Assembly (NCBI GenBank): GCA_012295275.1
Contig: CM022667.1
Span: 21,824,001 to 21,888,000, forward strand
Reading direction: 5' to 3'
Source: Chrysomallon squamiferum
Taxonomy: Eukaryota > Animalia > Mollusca
Length of the DNA: 64,000 nt
Made by a program: the position numbers and the translations under genes. Shown piece by piece: positions 1 to 16,500 of this stretch. Each line of letters opens with the position of its first letter. Within the stretch, counting starts at the first letter, position 1. Under the pieces are notes generated by a model, which was not told where the DNA came from, ran no database searches, and saw only the letters and a program-made list of their open reading frames with translations.

Positions 1-1636
1 CATTCTTAAAAATAAACATTAAATAAAAAAATAAAAAAATATGCAAGAACTTTCACAAATATTTGAAACCTGAAATATTAAATCAACAAGAAAAATTGTA
101 AAACCTATTAAATTAATCATAAACTTCTTTCTTTCTTTTTAAAAACATTTTCATTTTTATAAACTGATAACTGCATAGCAACACTATTAACATGTCAGTT
201 AAAGAAATAGTCTTATGAACAAATGTTACTATAGAAACAATTCTGCCATTACTTGAAGTAACTTACTGAAAATATGAATACTGTTAAACAAAAACATTTA
301 AAATTGGGAGAAATTATCCATTATTTTCAGTAATTTTCTATTCCTTTGACAAATTTGATGTTCCAAACCCAGCCATAAGCAAAATGGTAATTTACAGGGT
401 GAAAAAAAGAAGAAACTCTGAAAAGATATTTTGAAATCTAGGTTAAATAACAAACACCAATATTGACACAATAAACATCTAACTATGATAACGGAGTATT
501 TACATCTTGTAACCATACCCTACAATCCAAAAAATATACCAAATAACTCTGAAGGAAACAAAAACATCTGAACTGTTTCAGTTAGTAAAGTTATCTTTAG
601 TTTTAGTCACTCTTTTCACCATAGCCGTAATCAATAAATATCTTAACAACCCTTGCAATTTCTTGGAACTACTATCAATGTCATGGATACAGCAAGGAAT
701 TTTTGATTCAATAAATAATTCTTTCTAGAAATGGATTCTATTGTCTTTCATCATCATTTCTAAATATTTTCATCCATTAATACAAAGGAAACCTGTAACA
801 GTAAATGCTATGAACATTTTTTTTTTTAATCATTCTTTTGTTATAATTTTTGTTCATTCTGGATGTCACTGTACCATAACAAATGTTATAAGAAATATAA
901 TTCTGAATACATCTAATATACTTGTTCTGATACATCTTCAGAGTTCAAAATAAAACAGATTTAACCATTCTGATATATCTCAATACCACTGTTTTAACTG
1001 ACCATAAACTTTGATTAAGTTCTACATTACTCCTAAACTTGTCCAGTTTCATATGTGGCAGAAATATAACAATACTTAACATTGTCTGTCTGAATGTACA
1101 CTGTAATCTTATAGAAAAAAATCCTTTTTAGTTTTAGTTTCCATCAGACTCACTGCTTCAGACAACATACATTTATATACATAATAGGGAAATATATACG
1201 CATACACATACATTACAAAGAAAATAAATATTTACAAAATACTTTGTAGAATCAACAAATATTGGATTTGTTTTTTTCACTCCTGTGAATGACAGACAAG
1301 CTAGTTTTTGTTGTGCTGAGATTCGAGCATGCTCTGGTTGGACAAGCTTAAAGCACAACAGCCAATCAGAATGTGTTTCATTAAAATGAAACACACAAAA
1401 TTCTAAATTTTATTCTACCAGTATGGTTACAGACAAGGCAAGGCAACAACATGGAAGAATTAAATGCAAGTATTTTTGAAAAAACAAACATAAAATTAAT
1501 ATTTTGGTTGTTGTAGCCATTGTACTCATAAAAAAAATAATAAATAAATAAATAAATAAATAAAATGAAATAAAATAAAATAACCTTCACAAATGAATTA
1601 AATTTAATATACATTATTTTCAGTTTTTGAACAGAA

Positions 1637-1670
<34 letters not shown>

Positions 1671-4514
1671 CCTAACTCCAAAAATATCTACAATAATGCA
1701 ATATTAATGGAATTTTAGATAATAACATGATAAATTAAAGCCAACTCAGAAAAATCAATAAAACAAATTAAATTTAAAAAATCTAATGATGTTTTAAAGT
1801 TGATACAATAATTGGTTAGTAAGTTGTTAGGATAAATTACAGAAAGTAATATGGAAAAAAAACAACCCCAAAACAATGGTTGTGTATATTTATATATATA
1901 TATAATTTGGATTACATTTTCAAACTTTTGTGTAATTATGACAACCAAATAATAATTCAGGAGTTTAAAAATAATGTTGCTCATTTTGTACATTAAAGAA
2001 AAAATTTATAAATAAATTTACCAAGTCCTAACATTCAGAATTATCATACATTAACTGCTGAATTAACTTATCAACTCAAATATGAACTATACATATAAAC
2101 AAATTCAATACATCCTATCATTCAGAACACTTCCAAAAACCTGGTAAGTGGTAAAACAAGAAAACAGTAACTGAAGAAACATCAAACACAAGTTTCATTA
2201 ACATACAATTCCAGAAAAAAACAGGCTATTAAAAGGACTCAAACGAACTGTTATTACAAATGATTAAAACAACATTAACATGCATAATTCTGTAGTGAAA
2301 AATCTTAGTAACTTATAAAAATAAAAAATACAAAACCATAAATATTCTGATACAAAGCAAAACATCATTATTATTTATTCAATTCATTAAATTAATACAG
2401 TACAAGAAAAACCTTTAAAAACTTGTAAAATATACAGATTTACTTGCGAGCCAGAAGCTAATAACAGATTGACATAAAATATTTTAAAATTATTTTATTT
2501 ATTTATTAGCATTAATTTTTAATGCAATTTCAACCCTCTGTTATGATACTTTTTTATTAAGATAATAATTTTTTTATCTATTTATTTTTATTTTTTAAAT
2601 GACGTTGCTTTTACTGGACAGGCTCTGTGCAAGCTGTATTAAAGTTCCATTGACGTCTTGAAAATTATTCTGCTTCTCACACAACACACAAAAATACAGG
2701 ACCTAATATTAATTAATATTCTGAAATGATTTCATTTTATGAATGGCATTCACTTATATTGTGAATAAAAACAAATCAAGAGAATTATATTGAGCAATCA
2801 GAAATCACATCACATTAACCAATATCTACATCCAAGCTGTTTGTGAAGACAGTTATTGTTGTTGTTCTGTCACATTACTACATTGGTATAGTTAACATTT
2901 GAGAACAACACTTAACGGATATTTGTTGTTTTATTCTTTTAAAAATAATGAAACTGAAGAATTTTTGATTCACTTAAAATATTTTTCTAACTTTTACCTT
3001 AGATTTTGTTTTAAATAATTTTTGACCAGAATGTACTCAAAATGTTAAAGTTTACATTCAAATTACTCTTTTTTTTAACAAGAGAATTAATTCACAAACC
3101 ATTCTTCAAAATCATACAAACACACAAACAAATTTAAAAAAAGAAAAAAAGAAAAGTACATGTACGTTTTTGAGAAACTGGAATAATATAATATATTTTA
3201 AAAAAATACAACAGCTCAACAAAGTTAAGCAGTTTTGAAATTTTTTCAGTCAGCTATTTATATTAAATGACTGCAAAACAAAACAAGTACTTTTGCAGAA
3301 GTTAAGAATAATGGTAAACTAAATATAACCCATCAAGAACTGAAACTCACTGTGAAAACATAACAATGAAAAACAGAAAATAATTTTTAAAATTCTGAGA
3401 TGGAATGTCTCTCTGCGTTCCTTGTGAAATAGCAATAAAATAAAAATTTCAACAAATAAAAATATTACTGATAAACAAAGGTAAAAATGGTTTTTCAAAG
3501 TGAGAGGCCAGATCTGTCAAAAAATTGTTTTAATGCTGAGTCAAAATTATTGCCAGCATCTTATTTAATCAATCGATTTATTTATCAATCTTTTCATTTA
3601 TCTATTAAACTAAATAATCTCTTAATAACTAGAATTTTTTTGTTTTATATTTCTTTAAAAATGTTTTTAAACAAAAAGGTGAATCTTAACAACAACAAAA
3701 AACTAATTTTGAGTCTGTGAAGGCAGACAGAGAGAATTATTTGTTGGCTGTTATTACATAAGTTGAGACACATTAACTGTAGTCATTCTCTTGATAAAAA
3801 ACATAGCAGCATCAGCGACTTGTATAAAGAGTGTCAAAGACTTTCTAACAGCTGCAGAGTGTTTTTGAAAAACCTACATTTTAACAGAGAAGGGAATGTA
3901 AAAAATAACTATAGCTGCCAGACTGCAGATTTAGAGATTTTTATCACACTTATTTAATAACTGATAAATAAAACAAAAGTTATCATTTTATTTAAACTAC
4001 TATTTTTATATTTTAAGATGACATTAAATACTATATTTTACATATTCCTATTATTGTAATTAAATATTTATATCAATTGGAGACCCAGAACACACTAAAA
4101 GAAAGGCATTCATCATCAGCAAGTTTAATCAGCATTACAAGAAAAATTAATAAAATTAAAAATCTCTGAAGTATCAGTATACAGAATTAACAGATGGCAT
4201 TTCTATAATTAAAAAATAATGTTTAATAAATAAGATTATAAAATGATTTTTTATTGGAGGAAATGTATTTCTTCTCTATTTGCTTACATAATCAAAATTC
4301 CACAGAACTCGTGAAAAATAAAAACAAATTTTTTACACCAGCTTCTTTCTGTCAACATAAAAGCTATTTAAAAAAAAAAAAAATTATATATATATATATA
4401 CATACTAATAAATATGTAAATAAATAAAATATTAATTAATAAAAATATTCTTAAAAAACAACAAAAAAAAACCCACATCATTATCACAATCAGTCGTTAG
4501 AACTTTGCCATTGT

Positions 4515-7500
4515 TCACTTGTTTTTCATTTCTCTTCGTACCCGCTTAGTGACACGACCACAGCCAAGACCAACAATGAAGATGATGCAGATGACAACAG
4601 AGATGATGCTGAGAAGGTACATTTTGGCTGGAGACTGACTGATCTGTGTGTACAACTCACTGAAGTTTTCCAGTGGAGCAACCTATAAAATACATTGGAT
4701 TCAAAAGTTTACTGATTTAAAGTCCCTCTGTTTTAAAGCATATATTTATTTTTAATTTTTAAAATAGCAAACTTTTGACATTAACCTTCATCTATTAAAA
4801 AAATGCATACATGTGTCTGTGTGATATATATAAAACACACACACACACACACACACACAGCCTTTGACCTTACATAATAACACTAGGCAATAATTCAGAT
4901 GAAAAAGCTAGGTGACAGCAATTAATAGACCTCTCCAATTAATGTTCAGTAAACATATCTTTGTATGAGCAAGACATCTTTTATTTGAAGAAATGCATTT
5001 AGCAAATTCATTTTGTTTTAATGTTGGGGTTATCTAACTATACTCAATCTCTATCAGAGAATAAATTAATGTTAGATACCTAACTATCTAATCTGTATCA
5101 GAGAATAAATTAATGTTAGTTACCTAACTGTAGCTAATCTGTATCAGAGAATAAACCTGTTTCTTATGTTTACCTGTGCAGCATATTCCCACATCTCCTT
5201 CCTCTTTGACAAATTTGTTCTGCACTTCTTTGTCAGTTGTTTTGGGTTTTGTTCCATAACAGAGAGTAAACAGGCCATGTCTTAAATAATAAATTATTAA
5301 CGTAAGCAAAATACAGTGAACCAGTGGAATGATAAGTCTATTTAATCTTTTTATTTTGATCAATGATTACATTTAAATATATTAGTTAATTAACAGTTTT
5401 TATCAAGTGGCTATTTAATTAAATATCTAAAACAGTGGAAAACAACCTTCCTTTGTAAACACATAATTAACAGTAATGATTGACAGGAACAGTGGCTACA
5501 AAGGACAATTTACTGCCTCCAGGATTATAATTTCCAAAAGACCATTCAAATGTTTATTTAATAAATTACTTATTAAATATATTAACAATTATTATTTTTA
5601 ATAGCAGATGATATTGTACCAATAGAAAATTTGTCTTTCTAGATAATCATAATGTAAATTTCATTCATATACTTTCAGCATATAACTAAAACAAACACAT
5701 CAGATTTCTATGTAACTTACGTCTGCCTTCCCCTGGAGAAAGATCTTTACACAACTTGACAATATCCTTCATACAGCTGCTCTTCAAAATAGGATCCACA
5801 TTAATATCAATCTCCTCCTCCTGGATCAGGGCTGCCACTTCCTACAATGTAATTTAACTGGTTATAAGGATAAAAACGCTCAAATATCAGCAAGTAAAGT
5901 GGATAATTTCATTGATGCAAAATCTGTGTAGTATTCCTCTCCAAACAGACTTCCAGCATAACCAACCAGTATGTGTTACACGGTTTATCACACCTCAGGA
6001 AGTGTGCACACTGATAAAAGATTATACTGCTCACTACACCTTAATGGGTGGGCCAAGGGAGAAAAGTATTAGAAAAATGTGAAATTAATAGCAGCAAGTA
6101 GCTGCAGCTTAAATCTTTATTTTCTGTTATGATTTTTAACCAAAGTTAGGTAGGCTCCTCTCAGCAGACACTGCCAGCTACATCAACTTGTAATAACAAT
6201 AAAATATAGAGAACTTAAAATGTTCACAATTTTATTTCCAGTGTTTATTCATACAGTCCCAGCCCCAGCCCACAGCATTTAAATAAAAGTATTAAACTAA
6301 AAAAAGTAAATTTAAATTTGGATGCTTTGTAACACTGAAATAGTTTATCTTACAGCAATGCACTTTTTATTTTTGAGCTTCTTGCTGTAAAACTTCATCT
6401 TCAAACACTCAGCAACAGCACCCATGCCAACGTCCTTAATCTCCACCTCATTGTTGTCACTGTCTTTCTCCTCCAACATGGCATCATGACAGTGAAGTTT
6501 AATCTAAAATAAAACAGTAGGTATTAATAACTAATGATATTGTTCATAACAAAATATTTTCCACAGCAAATTTAAACTGAATTACCATTAACTAATTCTT
6601 TCTAGAATTACAATTAAAAATATAAATTTTTAAAGGCTGCTTTAATAGCATGTAGAAATATGGTACAAATATATTTTGTATCTCTCTTACTTTTTGTATT
6701 TGTTGTTATTTATATATAACTGTGAAATAAAGTAATATAGAGTGAATATTTTTATTTCAACTGACATGTTGGAGGATCCTTTACCTCTTGCTTACAGACA
6801 TAATGCAGGACAGGTGTCATTCTTATATCTTCAGCCCCTTCCTCTACTCTTTGTGCTATTTCAGCTGTGCATTCTATTGTCAGTCGCTGCAAATCATAAA
6901 CATACTCACTTATATAAATAACATGAAAATAAATTTATATAGTTTTAATAAAGAATGCTAGGATGAATTAAAGCAAAGTGTAATAATAATTTTGTGGCCC
7001 ATAAATATTAACTTACCTTTACTGCAAACTGTTTTTTCAAACAGTTAATGACCTTGCCTTCCATTTCGACTTCATTTTTATCAACAATAGCAGCACAAAA
7101 TTTTGCTATGTCCATCTCACAAGCTTTTTTTAGTGTTGGATTCAATCTGTAATCTAAAATTAATATTTAAATCTCCATAAAAATAGAGCATTTATAAAAT
7201 CATGAAACAGAAATATATTTAATGAAAAAGATCCAAAAGCCATCATATCAAACACTCTTTTGTTTTTGTTTTTATTAGTTGTAAGAGAAACACCAAACAC
7301 TATTTCACAAATATAGCCTTTCTCCACTCAGTTGTTCATAATGGTCTGCACAGGACACATGAGACTATATACATTTCTAAACCAGTTATATTCTATAAAC
7401 CTAAACCACATTTGACACTGACACTGTTAAAGGATAACATACAAGAAACAGATTTAAAAAAGTCTATCCTACCATGACTCTGTAAAACTTGTCTTCGTAA

Positions 7501-10500
7501 AACAACTTGTCTACATTTGTTATCAAACATCTGGTCGTTTTTGTGTTTCTTCAGACAATCTAAAATTTCAGGTTCATCTTGACTAGGATCACAGTAAACC
7601 TGGACAATGATGATGATGATAATAATAATAATAATAACAATAACAATATCTGTTAGTAAATTCACTGACTTTTTTTAAATTTTTTTTTTTTAATCTACAG
7701 CTGTAAGGTGAGGATTACTGATTAATTATGAGAGAATATCAACAAAAATTTAAATGTTGAATGGGTAAATACTTAACAGTGAGGTTGAATAATAATAGCT
7801 CAGTTAAGAGGGAAAAAATGTCACTGTAAGTAAGAGTCAGCTAATCTGATTCTCAGCATTTCAGTTATATAACTATTACAAACCTGTATCATTTTTTTAC
7901 AGGCTGAAAGTAAACCATAATCTCCAATAGCAAACTCATCTTTCTGAAAAAAAAGAAAAAAAAAAGAATTAACTCAGTACGACATTGTGACAGATGTTAA
8001 CTTTAACACTGATAAAATTATTCAGTTCATTTCTAAACAGAGTATTTGAAAAACCAGTTCAAATTTACCTCACGCTGAAACAGCAAACTGTGACACAAAT
8101 TATCCAAATTCCTCTGATGTTTCTTTAAACATTCCATGACCTGCAAATAACAATTTTAATACATGTCATTGTACAGGATCTAGAATTTTAATATGACAAG
8201 GTTACTAGATTGGAGACAATGTAACATCAACATTGTGGAATGAAAACACTATATAATTTGTCTCCAAGACAACTTTGACAAAATTATGATATTCATTTCA
8301 GTAGTGAAGAGATTAATAAAAGACAGTGTGAGACAAAGATGTGATATGTTTTGATCATCAAGCATAAATATGTACTTTTTACCAAAATCCCCATAGCCTT
8401 TATGTTATCTAACCAAATTGTAATAAAAGATCAGATTTAATATAAAACAAGAAAACTTACAGCAGCATTTCCAGGAGGAATCTGACTACAAAACTTTTGG
8501 ATGTCATTTTTACAATTATGTTTCAATTTAGGATCCAGATTAATACTCTCACCCTGCAAAAAAAATAAAATAAATTAAAAAAAAACAAAAAACAATTTGA
8601 ATGTATGGGGGCCATTTATCATTAAAAATGTATACAGCAGGATTAAACCTCATAAAACTTTTCTCTTTCATCTACTATGCACAGCTTACCCGTCGGAGAA
8701 CTTCAACACGAAGCTGACGGCGACATCCTTTTTCAATCCGATGATCTCTGTCCAACAGTGTGTCATTCCGAACATGTGAACTCAGACAGGCCAGAACCTC
8801 ATATCTAAATAAACAACACAGCATTATTAGCTGTCTGGGTATAATGTACCTTCAAAACTGATTGATTAATAAAGAAACATTCTTTAACCAAAATTATTAG
8901 TTAACAGCATTTTATTATTAGTCATAAAAAAGAACTTACATCATCTGGGTTTTTTATCTTTTCTATACTCAAATGCTCACTAATTTTCTTTGCACTGACT
9001 GATAACAACAGGCCACATAATGTAAAAACAAGGAGCAGATTTCCACCACAAAATTAGAAAAAGAGAACAAAATGGCTTATCTAAAAATTATTGATATTAG
9101 AAGTGACCATTAAATGTTTCTTGATTTGGAATACATAATCACAAACTGATAAATAAAGAAAATAAATGTGTCTGACTTGGTATTCTTATCTCTGCAGTAT
9201 TTCATCACAGACTTCTGACACGCCTGCTTGAACTTGTGATTGAAACGGAAGTCTTTCAGTGAGATCTGAAAAACAGAAAGAAATCAGAAACACCTGTAAT
9301 TATTCCAAGTTCAAAATTAATTTAAAATTGTTATTTTCCTTTCTTTTAAAAATTATTAAGATTAAACAAACATAAATAAGGCTACTTATATAAGATTATC
9401 TATCAACTTGAAAAGAAACAAATATATAATTTATATTTTTTAAAGGATCTTTCTGAACCCATATTAAACAAGTTGGACATATCTTTTCAACCAAACAAGC
9501 TAATAATAAAGATAAAATGATTTCCTTAAGGTAATCTGAATACTTATTGAATGCAGTTATCATCAAAATCATCAACATGAAATTTAATCTGTGCACACAC
9601 AGTAAATTCATCCACAATGTGTGTATCTTTACCAACTGATGATGTTCTACTCCTGCTGCACATTTTGGATCCATCTCATGATTCAGTTTGTGTTCAATAA
9701 GGCAATCCAGTACATCAGGAGGAGCAGCATTTTCTTCCAACAAATCCTGTAAATATCCACATTTACAAAAGCAAATTTGTAAGCACCATATACATTATAC
9801 TTAATTTCACTTTAATAGTAACAATAATTGTAATTTTAACAATGATGAGGATGGTAACAGTAATAAAAACAATAATATCAGTAACAAAGGATTAATATTA
9901 ATCATATTAAGATTGTGTGTAACAAATGTTACAAGAAAATTCATAGGATAAAATAAATAAAATAACTTAAACAAACCAGTTGCAGGTTTGATTTTATACG
10001 TTTTTTATTTTAAAAGGAAAAGTGTTCACAATATGGAAGACACTGTTTTATTTAAAAATAAGAAAAATATTAATAATATAACTTATAAAAGTAGTAAAAT
10101 AATATGAACTTGGAGTAATAAATATACATCTAGCAGTAGCAATGTTAAAGGAAAAGTGATTAAACTAATGTCTTTATTATATTTCTTACATTACAGAATT
10201 TCTTGATCATTGGTGTGCAGGCCTTCATCAGAATATTGTCAAGTTCAATGTCTTCATCCTCTTCCTCTGTAATGTTGGCTATTAAACTTTTGCATGGTTT
10301 TTCTAAATCTTCATAAACAGACTGCAAGCACTCAATCTCCTAAATTATAAATATATACAAATATGACAATACATTATATTCACAGGTTGAGAAAACACAT
10401 AAAAACCAAAATGGAAAAATATAAAATAATTTGTGTTTTATAGTTGGTTGAGCCTCTAAATTATAACAAAATATAACTGTTTTATATTCACAAATGAAAG

Positions 10501-13500
10501 GTTTTAGACCAATATTAGTTGAGCATATTTTATCTGAAATGCAATGGATGAAGAATGTATCAGATTCTAAATATTGAGGAATTTTTAATATAGGTTAAGA
10601 ATGATATCCAAGACTGAATTTAAAATATATTTAATATATAATCCATAAACATGGCCTGCAGGTAGTTTACAATGTGATATTTTAAGTAATTTTGTTTATA
10701 ATAACCTGAAATCAATGTTATTGTTCATTCAGATGCATAAAAAAACTTTCCCAAGCTTCACTTTAAAATTGTAAAACATCTTTATCAAAGAATATCATAT
10801 AAATACAAAATTTAGATTGTTTTATAAGGAATAAATTACAAAAATTAAATAGCTTTCTTGTGTTATATTTATGGTGCAAAACAGTTTCCAATATTTAGCC
10901 ATATTAAGAAAATCAGTCAAGAAATATTTCTGTTGGGAATAAAATCTATTTTAAGATTATAATGAGACACAACTCTTATATGATTCTATTTAAAGTATAA
11001 TGATTAGTTGACAGCTTATGATTTGTCATAAAACATGAAATTTTAATAATTTGGTCTTTAACACAATAAACTGTACAAAACAATTGTCCATTTTAATAAA
11101 ATGATTGTTTTTATAACTACTGATATTTATTGATAATTTAACAGAGTGATTTAACTTGTTAATTTCCTCTCCATGTTTAGAGCAAAACCTGTTACTGACC
11201 CCGCCTTTCTCAATATCAGATGTGTCATCTGAGCAGTGTTTAGCCAGGTCATTGTGACAGATCTCCTGAATTTCAAAGTTTAGATTCACATCTTTTGCTC
11301 GAGCCTTTAATACTCTACGCACTTCCTGTTTGCATGCACGAGACACCTGAAAGGTAAAACAGAGAAACTGTAACAGACACTGCAGAAATATGAAAAAGAA
11401 AATGTAGATTATGTGATGATAACAATTTATAGCTGAAATACAAGTAGATAACATTGACATACAGCAAACAAAGATCTTTTGCCTTAATTTTATTTGTATA
11501 CAGAGAGGTCAGTAGACCAATAACAATGAAAACTGTTATTAGATACTAATACTAATTACAGTGTAAAACCACAGTGAAAAATAACTGTGATCATACAACA
11601 GACAATATTCTTGCCGGAGATAAAAACTACAATTTTTATACAACAATGTGTAAACAATTCAATGCATTACATGAATTCTGTTTGGAATAAAAATGGGAAG
11701 AAGAGAACTGTGTCATTTTGGTAAAAAAATAATAATAATAATAATCTTGTATTCTAAGCGTCAAAACTGAGTCAGTTTATTATCACTGGAACAAAACTGG
11801 TAAACTTGTGTCATGCCAGGACCAGCAGATCAGAAATAAAAACTGCATGTTCATCAAAGCTTTTTACTTGGGTTATCATAATAACACACTAAGAAGAAAA
11901 TTTTCTTAACAATCTTACTAGATTTTTACTTATTTCTGCCATTTCATAATAGCATGCTACACAAGTTAAAAGCTTTTCTTACCAGTCTTTCTGGGTTTTT
12001 ACTTGGATGTCTGATATTGCGATGAAGACAAGCAAACACCATTGGGCCCATTTCTGGTGTGTATTCATTTGGCTCATGCCAACGATCTTTAGCATTACAT
12101 AAAAGTTTAGCATCTTTTTTACAACTTTTATACAGATGATGGTCCAATCTGATAAAAAACAACAAATGATTTTAATCAAATTTTATTTTTAGAAACTTCA
12201 TTGGTAAAAAAAACTTAATGAATAATATTCCATGCTGCAATTAGTTTTTTAAGATTTATAATTTACTGTAATTTTATTGTTTATGTGTTTAAAGTGTGGA
12301 TGTTTAATAGTTTTATTTCTGAAATGTTGTCAGTCATGTTAAAGCAACAACTTAATTGTGAAAATGTAATTTGAAATCGCTCACTTGAAATCCCTCATTA
12401 TGAAGTACTGGATGTCCAGCAGATGTTTTTCACATCTGTCTGTCATATCATCATTGTCCAAGTTCTCCATCAAACAGTTTATAATACTAAAAAAAAAAAA
12501 AAGGAGAAGAAAATGCAGTTAAAAAAGACACAAAAAACCACCACAACTAAATTAGAAATAAAATATATGTTAGAACAAAGAAATAAAACAAATCTACAAA
12601 ATAATAAGCATTCATAAAACTAAAAATATTATGGTCAATATATATAGACATTTACAAAACAAAAATAAACAAAAGATTATTAAGAACAAAGATAATGATT
12701 TCACACAAAAACTGAACTATTGGTGACATCACAGAATTAAATAAGAAAACTGAATTATTATTTTTCTCCAAGAATTAGCAATTATTTGTAAAATATAAAA
12801 AAATATAATTACTTGGAGCCTCCAGGATGAATGTGTCCACACAGTGTTTCAACAACTGACTGACATGCTTTCTGGAGGGCAATATCAACAGTGAAATCTT
12901 CATCTACATCAGCTTCCTTCAATAATGCTTTCATCTGATATAAAAAAAAATGATATATATAAAAAAAAAAATAATATGTCTCTTACATTTAATAAAACAT
13001 TTTATGAAAAACACCAATAAAATAACCAAAAAAAAAAAAAATATATATAAAACTCTTCTTCAGTATCATTTGTCATTTGTTTACCATAACTAGTATTATG
13101 ACTTTTAAGCAATGACTGTAATCTATCCTGTCAATGGTAACACCACTAATACCATATATTATAATTTAGAAACAAAAAACAAAAACAAATCGGAAATTAT
13201 GTTTTTTGTTTCTTGTGCATTTTTCCAACTCACATAAGTGATAATTTTCACATTTCCACATGGATATTAAATTTTGTTTACAGTCAATCTTAAATGCACT
13301 GTATAAGAAATTATATGTTTTTATTACCTGTGTTTTACATTTAGGCTTCAATTTCTGGTCAGCTTTGCCTCGGGCATGAGCCATCAGACAATGAAGTGTG
13401 TTTCCTCCTGGTTCTAAACCTTTACAGAATTTTTCAATGTCTTCGTTACACTGCACAATGATATCGGGAGAAACCTTGTAATCCTCCATAATGGTTCGCC

Positions 13501-16500
13501 GAAGATCATGCATCTCTGCCAGACACTCTGGATCTATGGGCTGATCTGGAACATAAATTTTAAAAATATGTTTCAATGTTTCAAACAGTAATAAAACATT
13601 AGTTATCGAAAGCAGGAGTTTTTTTTGAGGTATGAACAAACATCATTTTGTCTTGAGGAAATACTGGTAAAAAGTCTACCTCCCCTCCAAAAAACCTAAA
13701 CTATGAAATATTTGCATGAATATACATTTTTTTGTTGTTTTTTTCGTTACTACATATATAAGATTAGCAGTCGTTTTCCATCTTTGCTTTGTGCACATGC
13801 TATTAGCAAAGATATGAATCATATAATTTGGATAATGAATGTTTCCATTAAATCAGTTATTCAATCCTCAACATCCTATTCTGACTACTCAAAATTAATC
13901 CATAATAGTAAATTATTATTTTTTTAAAAATCTAAATAAAAAAAATCCTTTAATAAAATAAACACAAACCTGCTTTTACTTTATCCTCAAGGCAAAGGAG
14001 GACTGTAGCTCTCTTGGTATCTTCATGAGGACCTGGTCCTTGCAGACACTTGTATGACATTATGTCTTCTTTACATTTGGAGAAGAAGGTTTTGTCTACT
14101 TTAATATCTTCAGCAATAAGTCTCTGTCGAAGCTCAAGTTTCTCTCGACACTAAATAATAAATGAAAACTTCACTTTCATTTTAAATTTAAAAACATTCT
14201 AAAATACTTTAAGTTAATTACCGTACATGTACAGATAGAATTATACATGAATTCTGAAGCTATCTATGTCTTTCTCTCTTACACACACAACAGTACTGTA
14301 TAAGATTTCAAAAAACAATTGCAAAGTTATACTGCAGTGAAATATATTCCTTGTATATACAGTCACCTCTATTTATCAATTTACTAGAAAAATAAAATTA
14401 ATTGTGTTATTCTAAATCCATTTTCATTTCTTAGTGAGAATAAATTAATGTTAAATAGCAGGCAATAATGAAAAAATATTTAGCCACAAACTAGTAAATG
14501 AAATTTAACTTGTTAAATATAGTCTCAGAATAACAGTCAGAATAATAATGTACTGAACAATATCTTAGTGACAGCAGCTTCAGCTACAAAAAATTATTAA
14601 AAATAACTACAGCTAAAATTAGATGTGGTATAAACATACAAATGATATATGTCAGACACTAGCTATGATTATAGTTCAAGCGTCTTTATAATAATAAGTA
14701 AATAACTATTATGTTTTTGTCACCAGCTGTTTGACATGAAATAACATTAAAAAAACATTTTACCTTCTGTGACATAAGTTTGTCAGCAATGTGTTTGAAC
14801 AAACACTCAAAGACTTTTCCATTTCCTGATGTGACTGCCTGACATAGCCTTTCTCTGTCGTCTCGACAAGCATAATAGAGCGGCCGATCCATGTGGTAGT
14901 CGTTTGACTGGAGCTCATACACTCGCAGCACCTGTAACTTGCACTGAGATGATAGCGAGTTCATCTGATCAGCCAAGCACTGAATTGTCTTGCCCTGTGA
15001 GTGCGCAGCCTACAAATAAATCAGTTAATAGCTGTTAACAATACTTTTTATTTACCCATCAATGAACTTCAATATTTTTCTAAGCTTTTAAAAAAGCACA
15101 AAATCTGTAGTATGGCAGTTTCTTCAATTAATATCCATCAATGTGTGATATTTCTGCAACACCTGTGTTAGAATGACTGATTGTTAAAAAATTTAAATTT
15201 GAAAAGTGTTTTTTTTTTTTTATATAATAAAAGAAAAAGAAAAGAACACCAAACAGAAATACTGAAATAATTTTTGGATTATAAATCTATTTATAAGAGG
15301 TATTCACGATAAAGACTGCTATAAAAAACCCACAAATGTTAACATAACTATTAAGAAACTATCAGTATTTGTAATACAAACCTCATCTTCAGATGCCAAT
15401 CTACCACAGTGTGTGGCATCAATGTCATCTTTACAGTTCTCAGTGAAATGATAGAGCAAGCGATAATCACTAAACACAATGGGTGCCATTTTTGTTAGAA
15501 ACTGTTGACAATTTTTCTTTGTGACATTATCAAAGTTCTCAACTAGACAGGGAATAACCTGGCCTCTAAGTACACCTCGGCACTCTGATATCTATAAAAG
15601 TAAAACAGTAACAAAGACAGCAAAAGCTGACAATTAATAATGAAAGTTTTATACTGACACTATAAATTAGCAGACATTTTCATGTCTATCTGACACAAAA
15701 GGATCAAATCATCAATCTTTTATTTATTAACTTATTCAACACACTGGTAATCAAAGTTGAACAAAAACAACAGACAGCAATTAACTTTATTTTAACCATA
15801 TTTTATTGTATTACAATTTATTTTATCTCTCCTTTATATTATTAAGAAAAACAAGCTACTTATTATTTTTCATTCTGTAGTGTCTGCTATAGCCAAAAAG
15901 TATTCATTATTCTTTCAAAAACATGTAATCTAACTTTTTTAATTATTTTTTTTTTTTTTTTTTACACTGCTTGTTAACAGGTGTCAGTAAAACAGCAGAT
16001 TCCCCAGCATCTACGAATTGGTGTAATTGGTATAAGTTAAACAAAGGGATGGTACAGATATTTTCAGGGTACAAGTATTTTGAACAATGTTCAAATAACT
16101 TGTCAAAAATTCTCCTATAAATAATTGCATCAACTGCCTTAACAAGTTTATTGTACTTAGCAATTAAATAAAATCAAAGTGGCTGTTTAATTTATTATAC
16201 GAAATGAAGTTCACTAAATAAATGGGTGGTGGATACTGCTGCTGTTGCTGACGAATGAACTCGCATGTTACAGTATCTCTTATGGTATGTAGCAAGACCT
16301 CTGGTACAATATAATTTTTAATTAGCAGACAACTATAAATTTAAAATATTTCAATTTGTAACTCTATATGAAACAGTTAAAAATACAGTTCTCATTATAT
16401 TTTAAATCTATATTAAATCAAAAAATAATGTTAATTAACATATATGTGAAACAATTAAAAAAGCAATAATCCATTGATTAGTGCCATTTTGATCTGTGCT

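Noticed and set aside
298-4000. Short ORFs in the first 4 kb
   Set aside because: They are low-complexity F/I/L/N-rich translations of AT-rich DNA with no exon logic; the region is likely GLG1 3' UTR or intergenic.
4497-4517. Possible stop readthrough of GLG1 (TGA ACA ATG GCA AAG TTC TAA)
   Set aside because: The context is not a recognised leaky one and the extension is only 5 codons.
5124-5363. 79-aa ORF from the track
   Set aside because: It overlaps the true GLG1 exon 5174-5280 in a different frame.
8940-8998. Exon-like segment with a strong GTAAGT donor in a GLG1 intron
   Set aside because: The candidate lengths (55 or 59 nt) break the frame, the peptide is not GLG1-like, and the flanking exons already join in phase. 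A poison exon cannot be excluded without RNA data.
15990-16330. Possible LINE RT remnant (KAVDAIIYRRIFDKL on the minus strand)
   Set aside because: It is a single weak motif with no continuous frame and needs RepeatMasker to confirm.
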